Origin: Vulcanimicrobiota bacterium
GTDB lineage: Bacteria > Vulcanimicrobiota > Vulcanimicrobiia > Vulcanimicrobiales > Vulcanimicrobiaceae
Assembly (NCBI GenBank): GCA_963786105.1
Contig: CAWAXX010000023.1
Coordinates: 290,228 to 354,227 of the forward strand
Direction: 5' to 3'
Length of the DNA stretch: 64,000 nt
This document shows positions 1 through 9,200 of this stretch, in pieces (the stretch's first letter is position 1; every line of letters begins with the position of its first letter). A program made the translations under genes and the position numbers. Under the pieces are notes generated by a model, which was given only the letters and a program-made list of their open reading frames with translations, did not search any database and was not told the DNA's origin.

Positions 1-1114
1 CGATCGCCGCCGCCTCTTCGAACTGCGATGAAAAGATCAGAAGAAAGCACCGAGCGGCGGCAGCGGCAGCCGGCGGCACCTCGCGCAGGGTGGACAACCG
101 TTCCAGCGCGGCTCGATCGTATCGATCGTGCAGCGGGGCGAGCAACTCCCAGCCTCGTTCATGTAGCGTGTGCGGCGCTTCGGCAGAGAGCAGGCTGAAG
201 ACGGCCGACGGCTCGGCGTCGTCGAGCGTCATTCGTTCGGCGACGTCGCGCCGCTCGCGGGCGTCCACCAGTTTCAACAGCGCGGCGACCACGATCTCGT
301 GGAGTCCAGATGCCGATTCCGGAAATCCCAGGCGGCGAACCAGTGCGAACTGGTCGGTGGTTGGGCGCACCGCATGAGCAGTGGCGAGCGCGGTTTCGAT
401 CAGCGACCTACGCTCGGTTTCGGAAAGTTCGGCCAACGCGGATCCCGCAATGGTTGCGATGCCCTCGCCAAGTTGTGCGAGGACTCGATCCGACGCGTAA
501 CCGCGGCGCAGCAGCGATGCCGCCAGCGACGCGGCAATCGGCCATCCCCCAAACGTGGAAACGATCGCGAACGCGAGTTCCTGAGAATACGAAAAATCGG
601 CGAGGAGTTCCGACACGTGCTCGCTTCGAAACGCCAGCGTGTCGGGGCCGAACGGCATGCCGACGAATCCGCGAGACAGCCATGACCCGACGGGTAGCGC
701 CGCCATCGAGCGGCCGACGAGCACGAGATGAACGTCTTGCGCCTCGACCAGCGCTTCGACGACCTGCGCGTCCGTGGAATCGAGGCGTTGCACGTCGTCG
801 ATCAGCAGCGAACTGCGAGCCGGAACGGCGGCCAGAATGGAACGTACGACGCCGTCGGCATCGCCGGCGAGCCTCGCGACGATGCTGCCGGCGTCCGCCT
901 GCGACAGGCCGAAAGCCTTCAGTAAGGCAGCATGAAACGAGCCCCGGCGAGCGGCTGATGGGACTTCGACATACTGCGCGTTTGGAAACGCCGCGCGCAC
1001 GGCGGTGGTTTTGCCCCAACCGGGGCCGGCCTCCACGAGTAAAACGCGTTCGTGGAGCGACGCCGCCCGCAGCGCTCGGACCGCCCCGGCTTCAACCCTG
1101 ACCCGTTGCTCCAG
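1..1114 (-). CDS. MalT/LuxR-type STAND P-loop ATPase transcriptional regulator, 5' part (runs off the window edge)
   Basis: Not in the ORF track; translated by hand: LEQRVRVEAGAVRALRAASLHERVLLVEAGPGWGKTT (Walker A), SLLIDDVQRL (Walker B), FGGWPIAASL (GWP motif typical of MalT-like proteins). The frame is open to position 1. The best start is CTG at 1114, 5 nt after GGAGG; start uncertain. Confidence 0.75.
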   Translation of the reverse strand, partial: MEQRVRVEAGAVRALRAASLHERVLLVEAGPGWGKTTAVRAAFPNAQYVEVPSAARRGSFHAALLKAFGLSQADAGSIVARLAGDADGVVRSILAAVPARSSLLIDDVQRLDSTDAQVVEALVEAQDVHLVLVGRSMAALPVGSWLSRGFVGMPFGPDTLAFRSEHVSELLADFSYSQELAFAIVSTFGGWPIAASLAASLLRRGYASDRVLAQLGEGIATIAGSALAELSETERRSLIETALATAHAVRPTTDQFALVRRLGFPESASGLHEIVVAALLKLVDARERRDVAERMTLDDAEPSAVFSLLSAEAPHTLHERGWELLAPLHDRYDRAALERLSTLREVPPAAAAAARCFLLIFSSQFEEAAAI

Positions 1115-1225
1115 GTTTACCTCCGACGCCCGGCCATTCTTGAATGACGGCTTCGCTCCCTGGGAATTGACGGCGCCCGATTGTTGCTGTCGTAACCTTT
1201 GGGACCGCGGCCGGTAGTCGTGGGC

Positions 1226-1525
1226 ATGAGACTGCTGCGGGCCATCGCGCGTTCGCGTTACGCGTTCCTGCGAGCCTGGCCGCTGATGCGGCACGCTCGC
1301 GTTCCCCTCGGGCTGAAGTTGGTTACGGCGGCTGCCGCGCTACTGATCATTTCGCCGCTGGACCCGTTTGCCGACGTTCCCGTACTCGGCGTACTGGACG
1401 ACGCCGCGTTGCTCGCCTTGCTGGCGATGGCGTTCGTGGGCGTGGCGCGATGGCTTCTGGCAAGAGAGACGCGCGAGGCCGTCCCGGTTCGAGCACGCCC
1501 TGTGCAGCGGCTTAGGCTGTCGTGA
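1226..1525 (+). CDS. DUF1232/YkvA-family small membrane protein
   Basis: SPLDPFADVPVLGVLDD matches the YkvA 'SPxDxxxDxxPxxGxxDD' signature; ATG at 1226. Confidence 0.8.
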   Translation: MRLLRAIARSRYAFLRAWPLMRHARVPLGLKLVTAAAALLIISPLDPFADVPVLGVLDDAALLALLAMAFVGVARWLLARETREAVPVRARPVQRLRLS

Positions 1526-1540
1526 CGATGTCGGCGTCGG

Positions 1541-3421
1541 TCATCCGCCGCTGACGTCGATAAGCAGTTCGGTGGCGAAGGCGATGAGAAAGCCGACCGT
1601 TACGGTCGTCGTCACCAGGGCGGTGAGGCCGGAGCGGCGGAGCATGGCCCACAGCTCGCCGATCACGAAAACCAACGCGCCGACGGCGGTTGCTAGAAAG
1701 AGCACCGACAGCACGGGGGAGTAGAACTGATAGCCGACGATCGTTCCCAAGAAGGTGGGTCCGCCGGCGATCAAGCCGGCAACGAATATTTGAAACCACG
1801 AGGGCACGAACCGGCCGACTAAGGGTGCCGCCACGCCGAAACCTTCGGTGGCGTTGTGCAACGCAAATCCGACGATCAGCGCGACCGCGATGGCAGTGGC
1901 ACCCGATGCGGCGGACGCGCCGATCGCCAGTCCTTCGCCGAAATTGTGCGCGCCGATGCCGATCGCGATAATCGTCGAAAGCAGGAGTGGATTCTCGGCG
2001 TGCTGCGCGGCGTTGCGCGTGAGGTGGGTCGCCATGCTGCCGAGGCCGACCAACCCGATCAACAAACCGGCGACGAAGACTACAATCGTTACGGTCGGAA
2101 ACGCCGACGCGCCGGCATGCCACGCACTTACGCCCTGGGCGATTGGCCGGATGGCGTTTTGCGCAATTTCGATGACGAGGTAGAGCAGGATACCGATGGC
2201 CAGTGCGTTGAGCAACGCGATCGTCTGCTGGGAGGCGCGCCGTGCGCGCGCGATAGGCAGACCGAGGAAGATCGTAAACCCGGCGATTGCGCCAAGCACG
2301 ACCGTCATGCCGAAGCTCAACGGCTTGCGGGCCGAAACGTTCATGGCCGGCATCATTGCATCGTACATGGAAGCCAGCGTGTTCGGCGTCCCGCTGTAAT
2401 GAATGGCACTAACGAGCCCGTCCGGCATGCCTTGCGCGTTTTCTACATGGTCCAACACGTGGCAATGCAGTAGCCACGTTCCAGGCCGCGCATCGGCTTT
2501 CACCACGACGTCGACGCGTTGCCCGGGCCCGAGCAGAACGGTGTCCTCGATGTCGGAAGCGCCTACCGGCTGGGCGTCGCGCGCGACGATCTGCTGGTAG
2601 TGGCCGTGCGTGTGCATCGTATGAAAGTTCTCGGCCGAGATGTTGACCCAGCGGATTTTGAAGCGCTCGCCGGATCTTACGTCAAGCGTTTGGACGGCCG
2701 GGTACTCCTTACCGTTGATCGTGAACTCGTTCTCGGTGCCGCTCTGGATTTGCCACGACGACACCATCTGGAGGAAATCGTGGCTCAAGCCGCGTTCGGC
2801 CGCGGGCGGATTCGCGGGCTCGACGACGATGGCGCCGTACAGCCCCGAGTCGAGCATGGCTTCTTGATCGTGGGAGTGATAGATGAACGTTCCGGGCGTA
2901 TCGGCGACGAACCGATACAGGTAGCGACCGCCTCGGGCCACGAGCGGCTGCGAGATGCCGGCGACGCCGTCCATCGATACCGGAATGTCGTGAATGCCGT
3001 GAAGATGAATCGTGTCGGGCGTTTTATCGTCGTTGGCGTAGTCGAGGACAACGGTATCGCCTTGACGCACGACCAGCGTCGGCCCGGGAACCACGCCGTT
3101 ATACGTGTTGGCCATTACGGTCATGCCCGGTTTGAGCGTCCAGGGGGCGGCGCGCTCGACGATGTGAAAAGTCTTCGTGCGTCCGCGCACGTCGGGACGT
3201 GCCTGGTAGGCGCCGTCCGGACGCCGGAAGATCTTCGATTCACCGGGGGCCGGGGTGACGAGCGGGACAGGTCCGCGGATGGGTTGCAGCCCCAGCGTAC
3301 TCGAGTTAATGGACGGCGATTCGTCGGCGTCCGCCAGCGCGGCGACCGGAACGGTGCACGTCGCGAGCGCGGCCAACAGAAAAAGGACGCGCGGAACGGC
3401 AGAGGGGAACTTGGGCTGCAT
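1541..3421 (-). CDS. Two-domain multicopper oxidase fused to a C-terminal ZIP-family metal transporter
   Basis: Signal-peptide-like N-terminus; MCO motifs YNGVVPGP, TIHLHG, FIYHSH, HTMHTHGH, WLLHCHVLDH; then about 8 hydrophobic helices with ZIP motifs GAHNFGEGLAIG and ALHNATEG. One uninterrupted frame. ATG 3421 preferred over GTG 3454. Confidence 0.9.
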   Translation of the reverse strand: MQPKFPSAVPRVLFLLAALATCTVPVAALADADESPSINSSTLGLQPIRGPVPLVTPAPGESKIFRRPDGAYQARPDVRGRTKTFHIVERAAPWTLKPGMTVMANTYNGVVPGPTLVVRQGDTVVLDYANDDKTPDTIHLHGIHDIPVSMDGVAGISQPLVARGGRYLYRFVADTPGTFIYHSHDQEAMLDSGLYGAIVVEPANPPAAERGLSHDFLQMVSSWQIQSGTENEFTINGKEYPAVQTLDVRSGERFKIRWVNISAENFHTMHTHGHYQQIVARDAQPVGASDIEDTVLLGPGQRVDVVVKADARPGTWLLHCHVLDHVENAQGMPDGLVSAIHYSGTPNTLASMYDAMMPAMNVSARKPLSFGMTVVLGAIAGFTIFLGLPIARARRASQQTIALLNALAIGILLYLVIEIAQNAIRPIAQGVSAWHAGASAFPTVTIVVFVAGLLIGLVGLGSMATHLTRNAAQHAENPLLLSTIIAIGIGAHNFGEGLAIGASAASGATAIAVALIVGFALHNATEGFGVAAPLVGRFVPSWFQIFVAGLIAGGPTFLGTIVGYQFYSPVLSVLFLATAVGALVFVIGELWAMLRRSGLTALVTTTVTVGFLIAFATELLIDVSGG

Positions 3422-3439
3422 ATTAGGCGCACCTAATAT
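3420..3439. promoter_or_regulatory. Palindromic operator ATATTAGG-cgca-CCTAATAT, DtxR/MntR/SirR-box-like
   Basis: Perfect 8-bp inverted repeat that is AT-rich in GC-rich DNA. Its core TTAGG-N4-CCTAA resembles the SirR/MntR box TTAGGTTAACCTAA. It overlaps the ATG of the MCO-ZIP gene. Confidence 0.7.
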
Positions 3440-3556
3440 TAAAGCGAGCCGCACCTTAGCCCTGCCGCGGCGCGTTGCGCGGGCGACGGGAGAGGCAAGA
3501 CGAACAACGAATCGACTTGCCGCTGACGGCCGAATGCGGAAGGCGCTTTCTCAACC

Positions 3557-4207
3557 ATGACCGAGCGATGGGTTTCGTTCGACTGCTTCGGGACGCTGGT
3601 GGACTGGCATGCCGGTTTTCGCGCCATACTCGAGCGCGCCGGCCGCCGGAGCTCGCACGATCTGGTTGCGGCCTTCCATAGGCACGAACGCGTGGTTGAA
3701 GCGGAACCGTACCGCACGTATCGCGACGTGTTGCGAATTGCGCTCGAACGCGCCATGCTCGAACTTGGAATCGAGCCGGCACTCCCGTCGACGATCATCG
3801 CCGAAGGCTGGCCGACGTTGCCGGTGTTTACCGATACGCTTCCAGTGCTACGACGGTTGCGCGACGAGGGCTGGCTCTTGGCGGTGTTGACGAACTGCGA
3901 CCTGGATCTCTTCGCGGAAACGGCGCCGTCGCTCGGGGTCTCCGTCGATCGCGTGATCACGGCACAGGACGTGCGCAGCTACAAACCGGCCCTCGCGCAC
4001 TTTCACCGGTTTCGTGAGACGATCGGCGACGCGCAGTGGATACACGTTGCGTGCAGCTGGTTTCACGACATCGTTCCGGCGCGCACCGTCGGCATCCCAC
4101 GAATTTGGATCGATCGCGACCGCACCGGGGACGATCCGTCGATCGCCACCCGCGTGTTGCCCAACCTCGAGGATCTCACGACGGTGTTGCATTTGGTGGT
4201 GCGATGA
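3557..4207 (+). CDS. HAD-family hydrolase (2-haloacid dehalogenase type II-like)
   Basis: Motif I SFDCFGTLVDW, VLTNCD, SYKP, HVACSWFHD. Confidence 0.9.
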   Translation: MTERWVSFDCFGTLVDWHAGFRAILERAGRRSSHDLVAAFHRHERVVEAEPYRTYRDVLRIALERAMLELGIEPALPSTIIAEGWPTLPVFTDTLPVLRRLRDEGWLLAVLTNCDLDLFAETAPSLGVSVDRVITAQDVRSYKPALAHFHRFRETIGDAQWIHVACSWFHDIVPARTVGIPRIWIDRDRTGDDPSIATRVLPNLEDLTTVLHLVVR

Positions 4208-5439
4208 CGCTGGGCATTCTCGTCGGCGGCGGTCCCGCGCCCGGTATCAACTGCGTTATTGCGTCCGCGGCAAGCGAAGCGATGAACTGCGGACTGCGCG
4301 TCGTCGGCATTTACGACGGCTATCGCGACCTTGCGGCCGGAAACACGCCTCGCACCCTCGACTTAACGCTCGACGAAATTTCGCGCATCGGCAATAGCGG
4401 CGGCTCGATCCTGCGCACGTCGCGAACGAATCCTGCCAAAGACGAGCCGACGTTGGAACGCTGCATCGCAGGGCTGGACGCGCTGGGCATTCGGTTTTTG
4501 GTTTGCATCGGCGGCGACGACACGACCTTCGGCGCCGCCAAGATTGCCGAACGAACTGCCGGCCGGATCGGCGTCGCGACCGTCCCCAAAACGATCGACA
4601 ACGACTTGCCCTTGCCGGACAATGCACCGACGTTCGGCTTCGAAACGGCGCGATCGGTGGGAGCGCAAATTATCGAGAGCTTGATTGAAGACGCCATGAC
4701 CACTACGCGCTGGTACGTGGTCGTAAGCATGGGTCGAAAGTCAGGCGCGCTCGCCTTGGGCATGTGCAAGGCCGCAGGGGCGACGCTGGCCGTGATTCCC
4801 GAAGAGTTTCCGCAAGAGACCGACCTTGGAGCGGTGATCGACACGATCGCCGGTGCGATAATCAAGCAGCGGGCGCTGGGGCGGGACCACGGCGTTGCGG
4901 TGGTTGCCGAAGGGATAGCCGAACGCATCCCGGTCGATGCGCTGGCGGCCTCGCTCGACGCTGCCGAACGCGACGCGTTCGGTCACGTGCGGCTTGCCGA
5001 CATCCCGATCGGGACGGTGCTGCGCGACGGCGTGCGCAAGCGGCTCCTGGAACTGGGCTTGCATACCACCGTCATGGCAAAGGATATCGGCTACGAGCTT
5101 CGCTGCGCAAAACCGGTGCCGTTCGATCTCGACTACACGCGAACGCTCGGTTTCGGCGCCGTTCGTTATTTGGTCGAAGGCGGCAGCGGGGCATTGATCG
5201 CGCTGAGCGGCGGACGGGTGCAGCCCGTGCGTTTGGACGAGCTGCTCGATCCGGACACGGGCCGGATTCGCACGCGGCTTGTCGACGTAACGACCGAAGC
5301 GTATCGTGTCGCACGCGACAACATGATCAGGCTCGAGCCGCGCGACTTTCACGGCGCGGCCCTCGAGCGCGTGGCCGCTCAGACCACCCTCGCGCCGGAA
5401 GCATTTCGCCGGCAGTTCCAGCGGATCGCCGACTTCTGA
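4204..5439 (+). CDS. pfp: Pyrophosphate-dependent phosphofructokinase
   Basis: GGGPAPGIN, GGDDT and PKTIDND (the Asp/Lys pair associated with PPi specificity), MGRKSG, GYELRC. ATG 4204 overlaps the HAD stop (ATGA). Confidence 0.9.
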   Translation: MTLGILVGGGPAPGINCVIASAASEAMNCGLRVVGIYDGYRDLAAGNTPRTLDLTLDEISRIGNSGGSILRTSRTNPAKDEPTLERCIAGLDALGIRFLVCIGGDDTTFGAAKIAERTAGRIGVATVPKTIDNDLPLPDNAPTFGFETARSVGAQIIESLIEDAMTTTRWYVVVSMGRKSGALALGMCKAAGATLAVIPEEFPQETDLGAVIDTIAGAIIKQRALGRDHGVAVVAEGIAERIPVDALAASLDAAERDAFGHVRLADIPIGTVLRDGVRKRLLELGLHTTVMAKDIGYELRCAKPVPFDLDYTRTLGFGAVRYLVEGGSGALIALSGGRVQPVRLDELLDPDTGRIRTRLVDVTTEAYRVARDNMIRLEPRDFHGAALERVAAQTTLAPEAFRRQFQRIADF

Positions 5440-5452
5440 TCGAGCCGGCCGG

Positions 5453-6286
5453 ATGAGAAGCGGGATCGCGCTGGCACTGCTGTTCGCACAGACGCCGACC
5501 ATCGCACCCTCGCCGCAGGCGTCGCCCCTCAAACAGATCATCGAGGTAAAATCACGCGCGCTGTGCACGACGTTAGGAAGCAGTATCGACCTATCGCTCG
5601 TTGGCCTGATGAAAAACGACGAGGCGATCGAAACCGGGCGGCGGACGTTCGTAAAGATGGCATGGGATCAGGCACGCGGATCGCGGGCGCTCGAGATCGA
5701 CCGGCTCGCAATCAAGAACGCCGTTGCAGCGATCGTACACAACCTGTATGCAATCGACCAGGTGCTCGACGACCCGGCGCGCTTTCCGCTCGATCCGGTG
5801 ACCGACGACCAACGCGCCGCAGATCGAATGAAGGCGGCCCTGCAAGCCGTCGAGGATCGTCAAAAGATTCAGCTCAACATCCTGAACGGCACCATCGAGA
5901 CCGACGCGCTGAGCAGCATGCGTCACGACCTCCCAGACTTTTCACCGACTGCGAATAACCCCAACCAACCGTCCGTTCCGAGCGGCTCGCCGCCGGCGAT
6001 CACCGATGCCGGTCTGCAGCAGCCCAAACCCGTCGCGACGGCCGTTCCGCTTACGTTTGCCAGCCCCGCGCCGAACCAGGGCTCGCAACAGGATACTGAA
6101 CGAATGAAACCGGACTACGGCGTAGCCGCCACTTCGACCAGCGCCACGTTTGCCGGCGCAATGGCCGACATCCAGACCACCAGCGCCGCATTGGAGACGC
6201 GCGCTACGGCGATCATCGTTCCGATCGCCCAGGAATGCCGGGCTGCGCCAGTAGGCTCGCCGAATCCAAGGAAGGGATGGAACTAA
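5453..6286 (+). CDS. Secreted hypothetical protein, helical, with Pro-rich segments
   Basis: Signal-like N-terminus followed by PTIAPSPQASPLKQIIEVKSR; lies 13 nt after pfp and 4 nt before the receptor gene. Confidence 0.65.
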   Translation: MRSGIALALLFAQTPTIAPSPQASPLKQIIEVKSRALCTTLGSSIDLSLVGLMKNDEAIETGRRTFVKMAWDQARGSRALEIDRLAIKNAVAAIVHNLYAIDQVLDDPARFPLDPVTDDQRAADRMKAALQAVEDRQKIQLNILNGTIETDALSSMRHDLPDFSPTANNPNQPSVPSGSPPAITDAGLQQPKPVATAVPLTFASPAPNQGSQQDTERMKPDYGVAATSTSATFAGAMADIQTTSAALETRATAIIVPIAQECRAAPVGSPNPRKGWN

Positions 6287-6290
6287 CGTC

Positions 6291-9200
6291 ATGATGATGC
6301 GATGGACCCTGATCGTCTTTGCCGTTGTTGGTCTCGCCGTTACCGGTACGGTTTCGGCGGTCGCATCGACGACGGGGAGTCTTCGCGGCCGCGTCGTCGA
6401 TGCCGCGAACAACGCGCCGATTGCGGGAGCCGCGGTCACCGCCGTCTCGCCGTCGCAAACGGCGACCACAACGACCGACGGATCGGGAGCTTTCTCGTTC
6501 CTCGCGCTCAATCCGGACACGTACACCCTCCGCGTCGAGAAACCGGGGTACTCGCCGGCGTCTCAGCCGGGAGCCAGCGTGTTTGCCGATCAGTCGAGCA
6601 CGTTCGTCATTGCGCTGTCGCCGGCGTTGAAAACCATCGGTCGAGTATCGGCGCGAAGTGCGGGGAGCCTCGTTCGCCCCGGTACGACCAGCGACGTGTA
6701 TTCGGTCAACGCGGCCGGGCAAAAGGCCGCGCAGTCGGTGGCCGGCTCGGGTTCGCTGAATCAGGCGTACGGCGCAATTGCGAGCGTTCCCGGCGTCTCG
6801 CTTCCGTCGGGCCAGCAGGGATGGTACCAGAGCGTGTACGTTCGCGGCGGCGACTACAATCAAGTGGCTTACGAGTTCGACGGCGTCCCGGTCGTGCGCC
6901 AATCCGACTTTGCGCCAATCGTCACGCTTTCCGCACTTGGGCAGCAAGAAGTCCAAATCTACACCGGCGGAACCCCCGCAACGTCGAACTCGTCGGGTTT
7001 GGCCGGGTACATCAACCAGGTGATCAAAACGGGAACGAGTCCGGGCTATGCGACCGCCGACGGCGCGATCGGCACGCCGCAATTTTATCATTTTCTTTCG
7101 GTCGAGACGGGCGGCGCCACACCCGATCGCCTGTTTTCCTACTACGTGGGCTTAGCCGGCGCGGACCAAACGTATCGGTACGTCGATCAGTTCAATGGCG
7201 AGAGTGACCCGCAATACTTTTATCCGCTCTCGGTCGTCTCCAACAATGCCGTGTATAACGTCACCGATGGAAGCTGCACGCTCAAGCACGGCCCCGCGTC
7301 GTGCATCGGCGATCCGAACTTCGGTGCCACCTACTCGCCGGGCGCGTCGTATTTTCAAGCGGTGGGGTTCGATCGCGAAACCGTCATGAACTTCCACTTC
7401 GGCATTCCGCATCACGTCGACACCGGGCGCGACGACGTCCAACTGCTTTACGTTACCGGCAATATCGAGACGCAATTCTATAGCTCGTTCAACGACACGT
7501 TCTTGGGTCCGGTGTATCCCGGCGGCGTTCCGTACCTCGATTCGACCTACTATAACGGTGCGTTGGCGCAGGCGCCGAATCCCGCGCGGCTGGTGACCGG
7601 ACCCTTCCCGAGCAGCCCGACGGACCGGACCTTCAACAACACCACGGCGAACGGAACGCCGGCGAACCCATCGCTGGTGGGACTCAATCAGCGCGATGGC
7701 AATAACGTCGGCTTCTCGGTTGAGAAAGCGCAGTACCAGCGTAACTTCGACAACCACTCGTACTTGCGCGTGCTCGGTTATGCCGAGTGGTCGGACTGGC
7801 TCATCAACGGACCCAACGGCGCGCAGCTGACATTTGCCGCCGATCCCGCCGAATACGACGTACTCGCGTGGATTTACGGAGCCGGTGCGATCTACTCCAA
7901 CCAGCTCGGTTCGAAAAATCTCTTTACGGCGAGCCTGGCGTACAATACGCAGACGCTGGCGACGTACAATGCCGAATTTGCCAGCGGCGGACCAAACTCA
8001 CGTGCTCCAACTGGGCTGGGGACGATTCTTTCCAGCTACGTCGGGAAAAATGGAAGCTGCTACAACTTCGCCACCGGTGCGCTGTGGAGTTGTTTCGCAG
8101 CCGGAAGCCAAGGCGGAATCTTCAACCATCCGGCAGCGGGATGTCAGCCGCCGCAAAGCTTCCCGTACATTTGCTTGACGCCCGGGAACGCCCCGGCCGG
8201 TTCGCCCGCAGCGAAGGCGGGCGCGCATTGGATCATGACTGAAGACGGCCGGGCCGCTCAGTTCGACGGAGTGCGGCCCTATTTCGGCTCGCTGGCGCTG
8301 ACGGACGTTTGGACTCCGGACGATCGTCTGCTGGTGAACCTGGGCGGGCGCGTAGATAACTTTCGGTATACGTTCGACAACACGGTCAGTGGATTTCCCG
8401 CCCGCGCCTTTTGGTTTAACGCTTTCAACAATGAAAACTGCGGCGCGCCGGCACAGAATCCCGTTTCTCGATGGAACGGCCACTCGTTAGGTCCGTGTCC
8501 GGCGGGCTTCAGTCCGATGACCGATCCCGGCGTCGGATTGGTCAATAGCGTTCCTAGCGGCAGCTCGTACTGGGTGGTTTCTCCACGTCTCGCGGCGACC
8601 TATACGCTGAATCAGGACAACGTTCTGCGTGCATCGCTCGGGCGCTACGTGCGCGCGGCCGAAACGTCGTCTCAGGAGATCAACGACCGCCAGCAGGATC
8701 TTCCCGACCAGATCTCCGGGTTCTACAAGCTTGGCTACACGACACCATACCATCAAAATCTACCCGACTCGTCGTGGAACTACGACGTGTCGTGGGAACA
8801 CCATCTTCACGGTACCAATCTCTCGTTCAAAGTATCGCCGTTCTATCGATCGACCAGCAATCAAGTTCAAAACTTTGCCATAGACCCGGCTACCGGAATC
8901 ACGGCCGCGGTGAACGTAGGCACCCAGGAGTCCTCCGGCGTCGAGCTGTCGTTCCAAGGCGGGGACTTTTCGAAGAACGGACTGTCGTTCTTGCTTTCCT
9001 ATACGTATACGAACAGCCGGATTAAGTACGCGCCGGTCTCTAACGGGGTGTCGGTGCTCGATAGCCTCAACGCCGCTATCGAGCAGTACAACTCGTATAC
9101 GCACGCGTGCGCCGGAGCGGCCGCGAGCTCGACCGTTTGCGGTGCCGGATTGTATGGCGGCAATGCCGAACCGGGCTTCGTCAACGCCGGCGGCGTGCAC

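Noticed and set aside
90..1101. Plus-strand ORFs 90..377, 170..685 and 310..1101
   Set aside because: These are shadow frames of the minus-strand MalT-like gene, Arg-rich and without motifs.
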